NCBI GenBank assembly: GCA_040770465.1
Contig: JAXGJB010000021.1
Coordinates: 1 to 40,758, forward strand
Origin: Methanothrix sp.
Lineage (GTDB): Archaea; Halobacteriota; Methanosarcinia; Methanotrichales; Methanotrichaceae
Length of the DNA: 40,758 bases
Direction of reading: 5' to 3'
Part shown: one piece after another, positions 29,788-38,791 of the stretch
Position numbering within the stretch: position 1 is the first letter of the stretch
Layout: every line of letters begins with the position of its first letter
Translations under genes and position numbers: made by a program
The notes under the pieces: generated by a model
Seen by the model: the letters and a program-made list of their open reading frames with translations, nothing else
Databases searched by the model: none
What the model was told of the DNA's origin: nothing

Positions 29788-31314
29788 TCAGGCTATGTAG
29801 ACGTCTTCGGTCAGGACAGGCATCTCGCTGGGGAATATCTCGAAGCCTTCGACCCGTTCGTTGATCCCCACCAGCATCTTATCGTAGAAGAGGAAGATCT
29901 CCGGGCAGTCTTCCAGGACCTGTTCCTGGATCTCGGTGTAGATCTCCTCCCGGTCGTCCTGGTTGAGGGTTGTTCTTCCCTCCTCGATGAGGTCGTCGAT
30001 TCCCGAGTACCGGGTATAGCCAGCCTCAGTGCCCGTTGAGAGGAACTGCTGAGTTACGAAGTAGTCGGGATCTCCGTTGGTTGCAACTCCGTAGGCGTAG
30101 AGGCAGAGGTCGTAGTTCCCCTCGCTCATGGCAGATCTTAAGGCGGCAGCTTCGAGGGTCTCCACCGTCGTCGTTATTCCGATCCTCTCCAGCTGGGCTG
30201 CGATCATCTCCGCCGAGGGCTTGTTTGCAGGCCTGCTGGTGTAGGTGATTATGGAGAGCTCGAAGGGCTCACCATCGTAGAGCCACGCCTCTCCGTCCCA
30301 GGTGAGGCCCGCATCCTCCAACAGCTCCTTTGCCCTGTCCTGATCGTAGGGGTACCCTTCCAGGTCGTCGTTTGCAGACCACGGGTAGTTTGAAGGCCAG
30401 AAGCCCTTGGCAGGGGTGCCGGCCACACCCTCCAGGGCGGTGTCCACCAGCTCCTGGCGGTCGATGGCGTAACTTATCGCCTGTCTTACTTCCACCCTGT
30501 CAAGGGGCGGCTTGGCCGTGTTCACGAACATGAAGTAAGTTCGCATGGAGTCCTTTGATACGACCTTTGTGGCTGAACTGTCCTCGATCGCATCGTACCA
30601 CTGGGCGGGTATGGCCCAGGCGATGTCAACCTCGTCCCCTTCGAGCATCAGAGCCCTGGTCTCGGGTTGGGATATGTAGTAAACGATCGCGCCGTCGGAT
30701 TCGACGGTCCCGTTCCAGTAGTCTTCATTCCCGTCCAGAGTGAGGCTTACATCCGGCTCGTAGCTCACGAACTTGAATGGGCCCGTTCCAACAGGCTCAG
30801 CGTCCAGATCGTCTGCGGCTGGACTCGCCATGCAGGCGAACCTGATGTCGGCGAGGACCGAGAGAGTCGGTGCATACGGTTCTTTGGTTTTGATATCGAT
30901 GGTGTAGTCGTCCACCGCAGTTATGGAGTCTATGAAGCTGTATTGATCGTACCAGCGGTTTTCGGGATCGTTCCTCACCCGGTCGATGGAATAGATCACG
31001 GCATCGGCGTTGAAGGGGGTGCCGTCGTGGAATTCGACTCCCTCTCTGAGGTGTATGATCCACTCGGTATCGCTGGCCTGATCGTACCCTGTGGCCAGCT
31101 CCGGAAAGAGGTTCATCTCCTCATCGTAGCTGAAGAGGGTCTCGTAGACCCCCGCCTGCCTCATGTACCAGCCTGAATAGTCGAAGGCCGGGTCGAGCCT
31201 GTCGCCCGGAGAGAAGGGCATCACCAACCGAACGTCCTCGGCCAAGGCTGGCGCCATCGGCACCAAGAGCAGCGCCGCGATCCAGAGGATCTTTATTGTA
31301 TACGGTTTCGACAT
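29788..31314 (-). CDS. ABC substrate-binding protein, family 5 (NikA/DppA-like)
   Basis: Signal peptide, LREGVEFHDGTPFNA, PVGTGPFK, VRQAISYAIDR; AGGAGG RBS. Confidence 0.92.
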   Translation of the reverse strand: MSKPYTIKILWIAALLLVPMAPALAEDVRLVMPFSPGDRLDPAFDYSGWYMRQAGVYETLFSYDEEMNLFPELATGYDQASDTEWIIHLREGVEFHDGTPFNADAVIYSIDRVRNDPENRWYDQYSFIDSITAVDDYTIDIKTKEPYAPTLSVLADIRFACMASPAADDLDAEPVGTGPFKFVSYEPDVSLTLDGNEDYWNGTVESDGAIVYYISQPETRALMLEGDEVDIAWAIPAQWYDAIEDSSATKVVSKDSMRTYFMFVNTAKPPLDRVEVRQAISYAIDRQELVDTALEGVAGTPAKGFWPSNYPWSANDDLEGYPYDQDRAKELLEDAGLTWDGEAWLYDGEPFELSIITYTSRPANKPSAEMIAAQLERIGITTTVETLEAAALRSAMSEGNYDLCLYAYGVATNGDPDYFVTQQFLSTGTEAGYTRYSGIDDLIEEGRTTLNQDDREEIYTEIQEQVLEDCPEIFLFYDKMLVGINERVEGFEIFPSEMPVLTEDVYIA

Positions 31315-31456
31315 AGAATACCTCCTAAATATGACTATCAACGTTTTTATTAATAAATATTTTGATCTAATTTAATATAGTATTATCAAATAAAACAACC
31401 ATCGGAAATCGTCATCAATGCGAAACGGCTATCTATCCCGATGCGAATGAATAACG

Positions 31457-31816
31457 TTGAGGGACGATGTGATTGTGACAGACCTGGTAGTGGCCATTCT
31501 TGTGACGGAAGGGCTGGCCCTTTCGGCTTTTGTGTACTACTTGGATCACAAGAGGCGGATATGCCTGCTGGAGAAGGGGATCTCCGAGGAGAAGTCTCTG
31601 GACGCCAGGCTCGAGAGGAGGTTATTGAGCGGCCTATTCCTCCTATTGACCGGCATCGGCCTGATGGTCTCCCCCAATGTCGCATTCCGCGCGGGGCTTG
31701 ATGTAAGCCCCACCTTTGGCCTTCAGGTGATGGGAATTCTGGCCTTCTGCGGAGGCCTCTCCATGATCGTTGGATACTGCATACTGAAGAGAGGAGTCGC
31801 CTCCTCGATCGATTAG
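31457..31816 (+). CDS. Small membrane protein (DUF6249-like)
   Basis: Three hydrophobic segments with an HKRRICLLEKG motif; start uncertain. Confidence 0.65.
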   Translation: MRDDVIVTDLVVAILVTEGLALSAFVYYLDHKRRICLLEKGISEEKSLDARLERRLLSGLFLLLTGIGLMVSPNVAFRAGLDVSPTFGLQVMGILAFCGGLSMIVGYCILKRGVASSID

Positions 31817-32041
31817 GCCCTAACTCGCGTTGTCTAAAGTTGGGGGGTGGGCTTGAGCAGCACAATCCCATCGCCCGCCATATGTAACAAAAACATGAAA
31901 AATTAAGCCCTACAAAAGCACGTATTACGCCGATAAGTTCATACGGCATGGGGTGAAACCGGATATGCGACTTCCGGCCCCGACCCAAAACCCCTGGTGT
32001 CTTCTTCACCTAAACCCTCCCGTCACCGTCTAGCCAGGAAG

Positions 32042-32183
32042 TGTGGGGCCCGGGCCGGAACGTCGCCTCATTGCGGGAGTTTCGGGAGACCGTCTCCCCT
32101 GCCCCGATAGCTCTCTGGCGAGCTAATCGTACATTGCCCGACTCCTTCTCGCCAGAGGGCCGGGAACGCGGGGTCGGGCCCCC
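32042..32183. ncRNA. Candidate structured non-coding RNA
   Basis: Nested perfect stems in an ORF-free gap: 32045-52/32175-82, 32102-06/32169-73, 32113-22/32148-57, 32084-89/32093-98; TATA-like box at 32206-13. Confidence 0.45.
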
Positions 32184-32219
32184 AAAAGGGAGGAAGGTTT
32201 CTGACTATAAATAGAATAG

Positions 32220-32253
32220 ACACATATGGGAGATGAGCGCACACCATATGTGT
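32220..32253. promoter_or_regulatory. Perfect 10-bp inverted repeat, candidate operator
   Basis: ACACATATGG-N14-CCATATGTGT next to TATAAATA. Confidence 0.45.
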
Positions 32254-32353
32254 TGCCGATCAATTGCATTGTCATCTTGTCGCAACTTTAAGATGGTAAA
32301 TGGTCCAAGGCCTCGTGCCATGTTATTCCCGTCTCGAAGCAGGAGGTGAGTGC

Positions 32354-33136
32354 ATCGCTAAGATCACCATAGAGGGGCTCAAATTCAGCTATGGCAAAAC
32401 CAAGATCCTGGACGGCTTCGACGTGGCGGTCGGCGGCTCGGAGGTGCTGAGCCTGGTGGGCCCCAACGGCTGCGGGAAGACCACCCTCATCAAATGCGTC
32501 TGTGGGATTCTCAGGCCCGAGGGGACGATACTTCTGGGCGAAGAAGAAGTCGGGTCCATGAGCAGGCGCGATGTGGCCAGGTTTATAGGTTACGTCCCCC
32601 AGTCGACGACGAGCGTCCTCTCCACCACCGTCTTCGATACGATTCTGATGGGCAGAAAGCCCCACATGGGCTGGCGGGTCGGAGATGATGACATCGACCG
32701 GGTCGTGGAGGTGATGAAGCTCCTCTCCATCGAGGAGTTCGCCCTCAGGGACTTCTCGGAGCTCTCGGGCGGCCAGAAGCAGCGGGTTCTCATCGCTAGA
32801 GCCCTGGCCCAGGAGCCGGAGGTCCTCCTCCTCGACGAGCCCACATCCAACCTGGACATAAAGCACCAGCTGGAGGTGATGGAGACGATCCGCTCCCTCG
32901 TCAAGAGGACGGGGATATCCGCTCTGATGGCCATCCACGACCTCAACCTGGCGGCGAGGTTCTCCGACACCCTGGTGATGCTGAAGGACGGGAAGGTTCA
33001 TGCAAAGGGCGATCCCTTTTCCCTGTTGACGAAGGAGAATATCAGGTCCATCTTCGGCGTCGAGGCGGTGGTGATGAGGGATCTGGATCGGCCGTACGTG
33101 GTCCCTCTACGATCTCTGGATGGCGAAACAATTTGA
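32354..33136 (+). CDS. Fe-siderophore/cobalamin-type ABC ATPase (orphan)
   Basis: GPNGCGKTT, LSGGQKQR, LLDEPT, HDLNLA. The RBS points to an ATC at 32354; the alternative is ATG 32300. Confidence 0.85.
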   Translation: MAKITIEGLKFSYGKTKILDGFDVAVGGSEVLSLVGPNGCGKTTLIKCVCGILRPEGTILLGEEEVGSMSRRDVARFIGYVPQSTTSVLSTTVFDTILMGRKPHMGWRVGDDDIDRVVEVMKLLSIEEFALRDFSELSGGQKQRVLIARALAQEPEVLLLDEPTSNLDIKHQLEVMETIRSLVKRTGISALMAIHDLNLAARFSDTLVMLKDGKVHAKGDPFSLLTKENIRSIFGVEAVVMRDLDRPYVVPLRSLDGETI

Positions 33137-33163
33137 TTTTGGAAGAGATGTAAGACGATGAGA

Positions 33164-33361
33164 TCAAGAGAATTGTGTGTGCGGTTTTGAACGCCTTTCG
33201 ATGTATCCAGACCCGCTCCGATCTCCAGGACCTACCAGGAGGTCGATCTCCAGGGCGTCCCTCTCGGGATGCCTGGGGGAGAGCTTCCATATGCGGTTCC
33301 AGTCGATTATCGGCGCCGTGATCGGCCAGCATGAGCAATCCTTATGCACTTCAATGTTCAT
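33164..33361 (-). pseudogene. Possible remnant of a methyltransferase N-terminus
   Basis: IDWNRIWK resembles the start of methanogen class I methyltransferases found near FmdE/ABC loci; the rest is unrecognisable. Confidence 0.25.
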
Positions 33362-33385
33362 TCAATATGCATAGGATGATGAGCT

Positions 33386-33628
33386 ATGAATGTTAATCTT
33401 GGGGCTCCGTACGAGGTTGCCATAAAAAGCATCATCGAGAAAGGATACGCGGGAAATCGGACGGAGGTCATACGTCAGGCCATAATGGCTTATAAGCGGA
33501 TTATTGAGGAAGAAGAGCTGATGCTGGTACATAGAGGAGTCATGACGGAGATGGGCGAGCTGGAAGCCGGAAAGTCAAAGACCCATTCATTTGAAGAGAT
33601 AAAAAAGATCCTTGAGCCTGAGTCCTGA
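33386..33628 (+). CDS. Ribbon-helix-helix (CopG/ParD-like) antitoxin
   Basis: MNVNL...IIEKGYAGNRTEVIRQA RHH pattern, acidic tail GKSKTHSFEEIK. Confidence 0.75.
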   Translation: MNVNLGAPYEVAIKSIIEKGYAGNRTEVIRQAIMAYKRIIEEEELMLVHRGVMTEMGELEAGKSKTHSFEEIKKILEPES

Positions 33629-33634
33629 CGATCT

Positions 33635-33742
33635 ATGGAACTCGTCTTCTCAGATTCTGCAAAAAAGGAGCTTGAGAACCTGCCGCAGGAGCTGAATGTA
33701 GATGCGACCACCGAGATCAGATCCTCAGATCCGGTCGAATAG
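33635..33742 (+). pseudogene. Truncated RelE/ParE-family toxin
   Basis: MELVFSDSAKKELENLPQEL is a typical RelE start 6 nt after the antitoxin; it stops after 35 aa inside the convergent gene's 3' end. Confidence 0.65.
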
Positions 33743-34168
33743 CTCCTCATCCCGCCTCTCAGAGACCTCCCAGGCGAAATCCTCCAGATTGACGTATTTT
33801 CCGGCCTTTATCTCCGCCATCACCTGATCTTTCACCTTCAGGGTCAGGGACTTTCTGTCGGCGGAGAAGGTCGCCTCGGCCCTGCCCAGGTCCTCGGTTA
33901 CGATGTTGCCTTTGCCCATAGTGCAGCCGGTGGAGATCTGAATCCCGTCCACAAGACAGGAGATCGGCGGAGTCGTCCCGGTCTTTACCAGGGCCTCGAC
34001 GTCTTTGTGCCCCGAAGAGCCGAGGTCTTTGAGGGCCAAAAGCCCCATCCTTATCCCCAACACCAAAAAAGGCCCAAGATGGCCGTGGAACACCGTACCG
34101 CGCTCGATCAGGTCCCTGAGGGAGACGTTCTCTGGATCGATGGTTTTCATCTGCAACTTCATCACCAT
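33725..34168 (-). CDS. FmdE/FwdE family metal-binding protein
   Basis: FHGHLGPFLVLGIRMG, CLVDGIQISTGCTMGKGN. Confidence 0.88.
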   Translation of the reverse strand: MVMKLQMKTIDPENVSLRDLIERGTVFHGHLGPFLVLGIRMGLLALKDLGSSGHKDVEALVKTGTTPPISCLVDGIQISTGCTMGKGNIVTEDLGRAEATFSADRKSLTLKVKDQVMAEIKAGKYVNLEDFAWEVSERRDEELFDRI

Positions 34169-34337
34169 TTCCAAAATTGTCTTACGAAATGCACATTTCA
34201 AGGGCGATCTATTTAACCATTCTCGTTATAACTTCTCAGCCGTCCTGGCGCCGCCGATAGGTACCAGGATTGAAGACGAGGAGATCTGGCTGGCCACGGG
34301 CGTCTTACTTCACCCAATCATCATCAAGGAGGCAGCA

Positions 34338-35066
34338 TTGAGCATAATTGAGCTTGACGAGATCTATACCGCTTATGAGGGCGGCGACAAACCCGTAATA
34401 AGGGGTCTCTCCCTCTCTGTAGACCCTGGCGAATACGTGGTGATAGGAGGGCCAAACAGCGCGGGAAAGACGACGCTTCTGGAGTCCATAAACGGTCTTG
34501 TCAGGATCACGAACGGCAGAGCGACCATATGCGGGCTGGATCTCCATCGATCGGCGAACGAGGTCAGAAGGAGGGTCGGCTACGTCGTTCAAAACTTTTA
34601 TTTCGACCCCTTCACCCCCTTCACCGTCGAGCAGGTGGTGATGATGGGGCGGTTCGGTCGGCTGGGGCTTTTGAGACGCCCTTCAGAACCTGATTTCGAG
34701 TCGGTTCACAGAGCTATGAGGCTGGTGGGGATCGAGGATCTGGCAGAAAAGACGATAGGGACATTGAGCGGAGGCCAGCAGCAGAAGACGATGATCGCTC
34801 ACAACATCGCCAAGGAGCCGGAGGTGATGATGCTCGACGAGCCCTTCAGCAACCTCGACTTCAACGCCAGGGAATACCTCCAGGGAATATTCAAACAGAT
34901 AACCAGAAATGGGATCCCGATCCTGATGGTATCTCACGCCTTTGACGGCCTTCCGGACATGCGGATACACCTGGTGGTCATGAACAAGGGCCTGATCACC
35001 TACGACGACGAATGCTCCGCGGAAGACGTCGAACCCATCATCCGAAGAGAGTGCGGGGTGGACTGA
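34338..35066 (+). CDS. Metal (Zn/Mn-type) ABC ATPase, ZnuC-like
   Basis: AAGGAGG RBS plus TTG; GPNSAGKTT, LSGGQQQK, LDEPF. Confidence 0.88.
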   Translation: MSIIELDEIYTAYEGGDKPVIRGLSLSVDPGEYVVIGGPNSAGKTTLLESINGLVRITNGRATICGLDLHRSANEVRRRVGYVVQNFYFDPFTPFTVEQVVMMGRFGRLGLLRRPSEPDFESVHRAMRLVGIEDLAEKTIGTLSGGQQQKTMIAHNIAKEPEVMMLDEPFSNLDFNAREYLQGIFKQITRNGIPILMVSHAFDGLPDMRIHLVVMNKGLITYDDECSAEDVEPIIRRECGVD

Positions 35067-35067
35067 A

Positions 35068-35898
35068 ATGCTCGGGTTTCTGATCGAGAATAACGTGGTC
35101 TGCCATGCGGTCGAGGCGATGGTCTTCGCCTCCATAGCATGCAGCATCCTCGGCGTCATAATCTCCCGGATGAACCTCTCCTCCATCGGCTTCACCATGT
35201 CCCACGCCGCCTTTGCCGGCGCTGCCATCGGAATGTATCTTGGAATCAACGCCCAGATGGCTGCGATATTCTTCAGCGTGGGGGTGGCCGCCCTCATCGG
35301 ACCTGTGAGCGATAAGGCCAAGATGGCAGCAGATGCCACCCTTGGAATACTCTTCGCAATGTCGATGGCAGTGGCCATATTCTTGGTATCCTACATGCAA
35401 AATATGGGGATGGGGATCTCAGCAGGCAACCTTCTATTCGGCAACGTCGTCTCCCTTTATCGAGAGGACATTTACGCTCTCGCCCTGGTGTCAGCTCTGA
35501 CCGTATCATTTGTTCTGGTGTTTTTCAAAGAGATATCTGCCATAATGTTCAACATGAAGATAGCGGAGGCCTCTGGGGTCCGGGTCAGGCTCATTTATTA
35601 TATTCTTCTGTTCATCGTCGCCATATCCGTATCTCTCACCCTCAATATCGTGGGCGGATTATTGATATTCGTTCTGCTGGTAACTCCCGCCTCCATCGCC
35701 AGCCAGTTCTGCTTCAATGTGAAGAGCATGTTCATCGTGGCCCCTCTGGTTGCCCTCTTGGTGAGCGCCTTCGGCGTCTGGGCTGGCTTTGAGTTCACCC
35801 TTCCCATCGCACCTCTCGTAGCACTGTTGCTCACCGTCGTCTTCGCAGTATCTGTAATTCTGTCGTTCAAGAGGCGGGTCAACTATAAAAAAATCTAG
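35068..35898 (+). CDS. Metal ABC permease, ZnuB-like
   Basis: MSHAAFAGAA, LLFGNV, VGGLLIFVLLVTPA; multiple TM segments. Confidence 0.9.
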   Translation: MLGFLIENNVVCHAVEAMVFASIACSILGVIISRMNLSSIGFTMSHAAFAGAAIGMYLGINAQMAAIFFSVGVAALIGPVSDKAKMAADATLGILFAMSMAVAIFLVSYMQNMGMGISAGNLLFGNVVSLYREDIYALALVSALTVSFVLVFFKEISAIMFNMKIAEASGVRVRLIYYILLFIVAISVSLTLNIVGGLLIFVLLVTPASIASQFCFNVKSMFIVAPLVALLVSAFGVWAGFEFTLPIAPLVALLLTVVFAVSVILSFKRRVNYKKI

Positions 35899-35989
35899 TT
35901 ATTTATAACTACAGTTATTATGAATATATATTTAACCGTTATGAAGAATACAAAAAACTTATATATATCGTAATACTTATTATGGTTCC

Positions 35990-36874
35990 ATGGATACAAA
36001 GAGGTTTTGCAGCCTGATCTTGGTGATGCTTGCGATCTTCTCGATCGCTCCATCCATTGCTGATCAGGCTTCCGATAAGATACAGATCGTCTGCACCACC
36101 AGCGTTCTCATGGATCCGGCGACGTTCATAGGTGGCGATAATGTTGAAGCGATATCCATCGCCGACCCGACCCTCTGCCCCCACCTGCAATCCGACATAA
36201 TCCCCAATCGGGTACAGCTCAACATGGACTTCATCAAGGACGCCGACATATTCATGGCATACAACGACAGCAACGACAAAAACACAAACATGCCATCAGT
36301 TGAAAATTTCATGGAAGCGAACAACTTTGGAACCGTAGAGTGGAAGACGGTGTCCGACCCGTCGAGGGGATGGAATACGCCGACCACCGCCAAATTGCTC
36401 GCCGCCGAGGTGAAGGGGTGGCTGGTCGAGGAGGACCCCGCCAACGAGAGCTACTACGAGGAGCGGTATGATGAATATATCGAGACCTTCGATGCCGTGG
36501 AGCCGACCGACGCCGAGAGGGAGCAGCTGAACCAGACCAAGGTGATCGTCATGCTCTGGCAGAAGGAGCCGGTTCAGGACTGGCTCGGGATGAACGTCGT
36601 CAACTTCTTCGCTCCAGAGTTCGCCATGAACGGCACCAAGACGGCCGACAAGGTCGTAGACGATATCATTGCGAACCCAGAAAAGTATGAGGATGTGGCC
36701 TACGTCATCGAGAATATGCAGTCTGGCGAGCTGGGCAAGGGGATCGAGGAAGCCCTCCAGGACAGGGGCATAAACGCGACGCGCGTAATATTCACCAACT
36801 TCCCCATGTCGATACCCGGCGTGAATACCATAGCAGAGGTTCTCGATTACAACAAGCAGCTGGTCCTCGGATAA
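35990..36874 (+). CDS. Metal ABC substrate-binding protein, ZnuA/TroA-like
   Basis: Signal peptide, IVCTTSVL...IGGDNVE, CPH, DPANESYYEER. Confidence 0.82.
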   Translation: MDTKRFCSLILVMLAIFSIAPSIADQASDKIQIVCTTSVLMDPATFIGGDNVEAISIADPTLCPHLQSDIIPNRVQLNMDFIKDADIFMAYNDSNDKNTNMPSVENFMEANNFGTVEWKTVSDPSRGWNTPTTAKLLAAEVKGWLVEEDPANESYYEERYDEYIETFDAVEPTDAEREQLNQTKVIVMLWQKEPVQDWLGMNVVNFFAPEFAMNGTKTADKVVDDIIANPEKYEDVAYVIENMQSGELGKGIEEALQDRGINATRVIFTNFPMSIPGVNTIAEVLDYNKQLVLG

Positions 36875-37022
36875 GCCCAGGCGAAGCACGAGATCCCTCA
36901 ATCTCTTAAGACCGCCCCCTAACCCTGGGCGGATCATCTTTTATTTGTTGGAATTCCCTGCACCTCCTTGATATCACGCCCCTCTCTGGGGGCGGGCGAC
37001 ATCTTCGCCCTTTTTCGCCGAT

Positions 37023-37532
37023 ATGATGGCCTTCAACTATCAGAGGGTCGTCGATTACGCCAGAAAGAGCCCCGGAAACCTCCGCTGGGTCGAGGAGAAC
37101 GACCTCCTCGGCCTCGTCATGGGGCTGAACCTATCGGCCCTCGAAGAGGGGGCGAGGAGAGGCGAGGTCGAACACGACCTCGACTACAAAGGCAGAACCT
37201 GGAGGCTCCGGCACGATCCTCTCTGCTACTTCCCCGAGTACGCCCCAAAAAACCAGTTTGAGTACATCAAGAAGCCGACCCTGATAATCCACGGAGCCTG
37301 CGACCTGAACGTCCCCACCGAGGACGCCTCCATGATCGAGCTGGAATTGAAGAAACACGGCAACAGCGACGTGGAGCTTGCGATAATCCCGGAGGCGGAC
37401 CACAGCTTCCAGGAGATCGCCGAGTCCGAAGATCTGAGGCTGAGGGAGAGGATGTATCTAGAGAGCTTCCGGCGGCCTTACCGGGAGGAGTACTTCGAGT
37501 CCCTGGCCTCCTTTCTCAATAGGAGGCTTTGA
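37023..37532 (+). pseudogene. C-terminal fragment of an alpha/beta hydrolase
   Basis: PTLIIHGACDLNVP and IIPEADHSF supply the Asp and His, but there is no GxSxG nucleophile region. Confidence 0.6.
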
Positions 37533-37729
37533 AAACTTCGTCTCGACGGAGAACGGATATAATTAGCATTATATTCAATTCAATGGCTACTAAATACTAT
37601 TTCACCGAAAGATTTATGGGTAAAATCCACTCTTTCTGATTGATCATAACAATAAGTAGGAAATATATCCAGAAATTTTGGACGAAATTCGGGGCACCCC
37701 ATCCGTCCGCCTTTCTGGGAGGTTGTGAC

Positions 37730-38785
37730 ATGAGGAAGATCGTTTATGCGACCGCTTTGATGGTCCTGTGTCTTGTGCTGGCGTTCGTTCCGGCAGTGGC
37801 CCAGGACGACAACGCCACCGAGACGATACAGGTGACCGACGACAGGGGCAGGACGATAGAGATACCCTATCCCTGTGAGAGGATCGTATTTCTGGTCGAG
37901 AACGCCATGAACACCATGTACGCCGTGGGCGGCGCCGAGAATATCGTGGGGATCGGCGATATATGGATGGAGGAGGAGAAAGCCCCCTTCTTCCGGGCGA
38001 TAGACCCCAACTTCGACGAGAAGGTCAGAATCTCCCGGGAGGGCGACATGGTTAACATGGAGGCCCTCGCCCTGGCGGACCCTGATCTGGTCGTCCTCTG
38101 GTCGGCGGACTGGGATGACGAGGTGACCGTCGCCATCGAGGAGAACCTGGGCGTTCCCACCTTCGGCGTCTTCGTCGACGACCTGAACGACACTCTCACC
38201 CAGGCGGAGGTCTTCGGCCGGATAATCGGCAAGGAGGAGAGGGGACAGGAAGTTAGCGACATCATGAGCAGCAGCATCGCCAAGGTCACCGACGTCACGG
38301 CGACGATCCCCGACGAGGAGAGGCCCAAGGTCTACTGGATGTGGAGCGACATCCTGGGAACGGCCGGGACCGAGAGCACCGCAAACGACCTGATATACAT
38401 GGCGGGCGGGATCAACCTCATGCAGCTCTGGGACGACGAGGCCGCCTCTATGGAGCACCCAACCCTGAACCTGGAGACCCTGGTGGAGCTGAACCCCGAC
38501 GTCATCTACATGTGGTACAACCCCAGCCTCGACCCCTCGGACGTTCTAAACAGCTCCGAGTTTGAGGGTTGGGTGGACATCGATGCCGTCAAGAACGGTC
38601 GGGTCTACGAGATCTCAGACCCCTTCGTCTTCGACTTCCATTCCCCGCGGCTCCCCCTGGCTTTGATGCTTCTAGCCAAGAACCTTCAGCCTGAGAAGTT
38701 CGCGGACCTGAACCTTGATGAGGAGGTCGACAACCTCTTCGTCGACCTCTACTCCGTCCATTATCCCGGATACGCGCCGGCCTGA
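37730..38785 (+). CDS. Fe-siderophore/cobalamin ABC substrate-binding protein
   Basis: GGAGG RBS, signal peptide, VTDDRGRTIEIP, NPDVI, AVKNGRVY. Confidence 0.9.
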   Translation: MRKIVYATALMVLCLVLAFVPAVAQDDNATETIQVTDDRGRTIEIPYPCERIVFLVENAMNTMYAVGGAENIVGIGDIWMEEEKAPFFRAIDPNFDEKVRISREGDMVNMEALALADPDLVVLWSADWDDEVTVAIEENLGVPTFGVFVDDLNDTLTQAEVFGRIIGKEERGQEVSDIMSSSIAKVTDVTATIPDEERPKVYWMWSDILGTAGTESTANDLIYMAGGINLMQLWDDEAASMEHPTLNLETLVELNPDVIYMWYNPSLDPSDVLNSSEFEGWVDIDAVKNGRVYEISDPFVFDFHSPRLPLALMLLAKNLQPEKFADLNLDEEVDNLFVDLYSVHYPGYAPA

Positions 38786-38791
38786 GGTCGA

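Noticed and set aside
31386-32009. 207-aa minus-strand ORF
   Set aside because: Arg/Pro/Ser-rich, no motif, overlaps the more plausible membrane-protein gene.
32042-32186. tRNA, SRP RNA, RNase P RNA, hammerhead or cobalamin riboswitch identity for the structured element
   Set aside because: No TpsiC/D arms, SRP helix-8 motif, RNase P conserved regions, CUGANGA core or correctly ordered B12 box found.
34005-34337. N-terminal extension of the 353-aa ORF
   Set aside because: Overlaps divergent FmdE; a strong RBS and TTG at 34338 give a normal-length ATPase.
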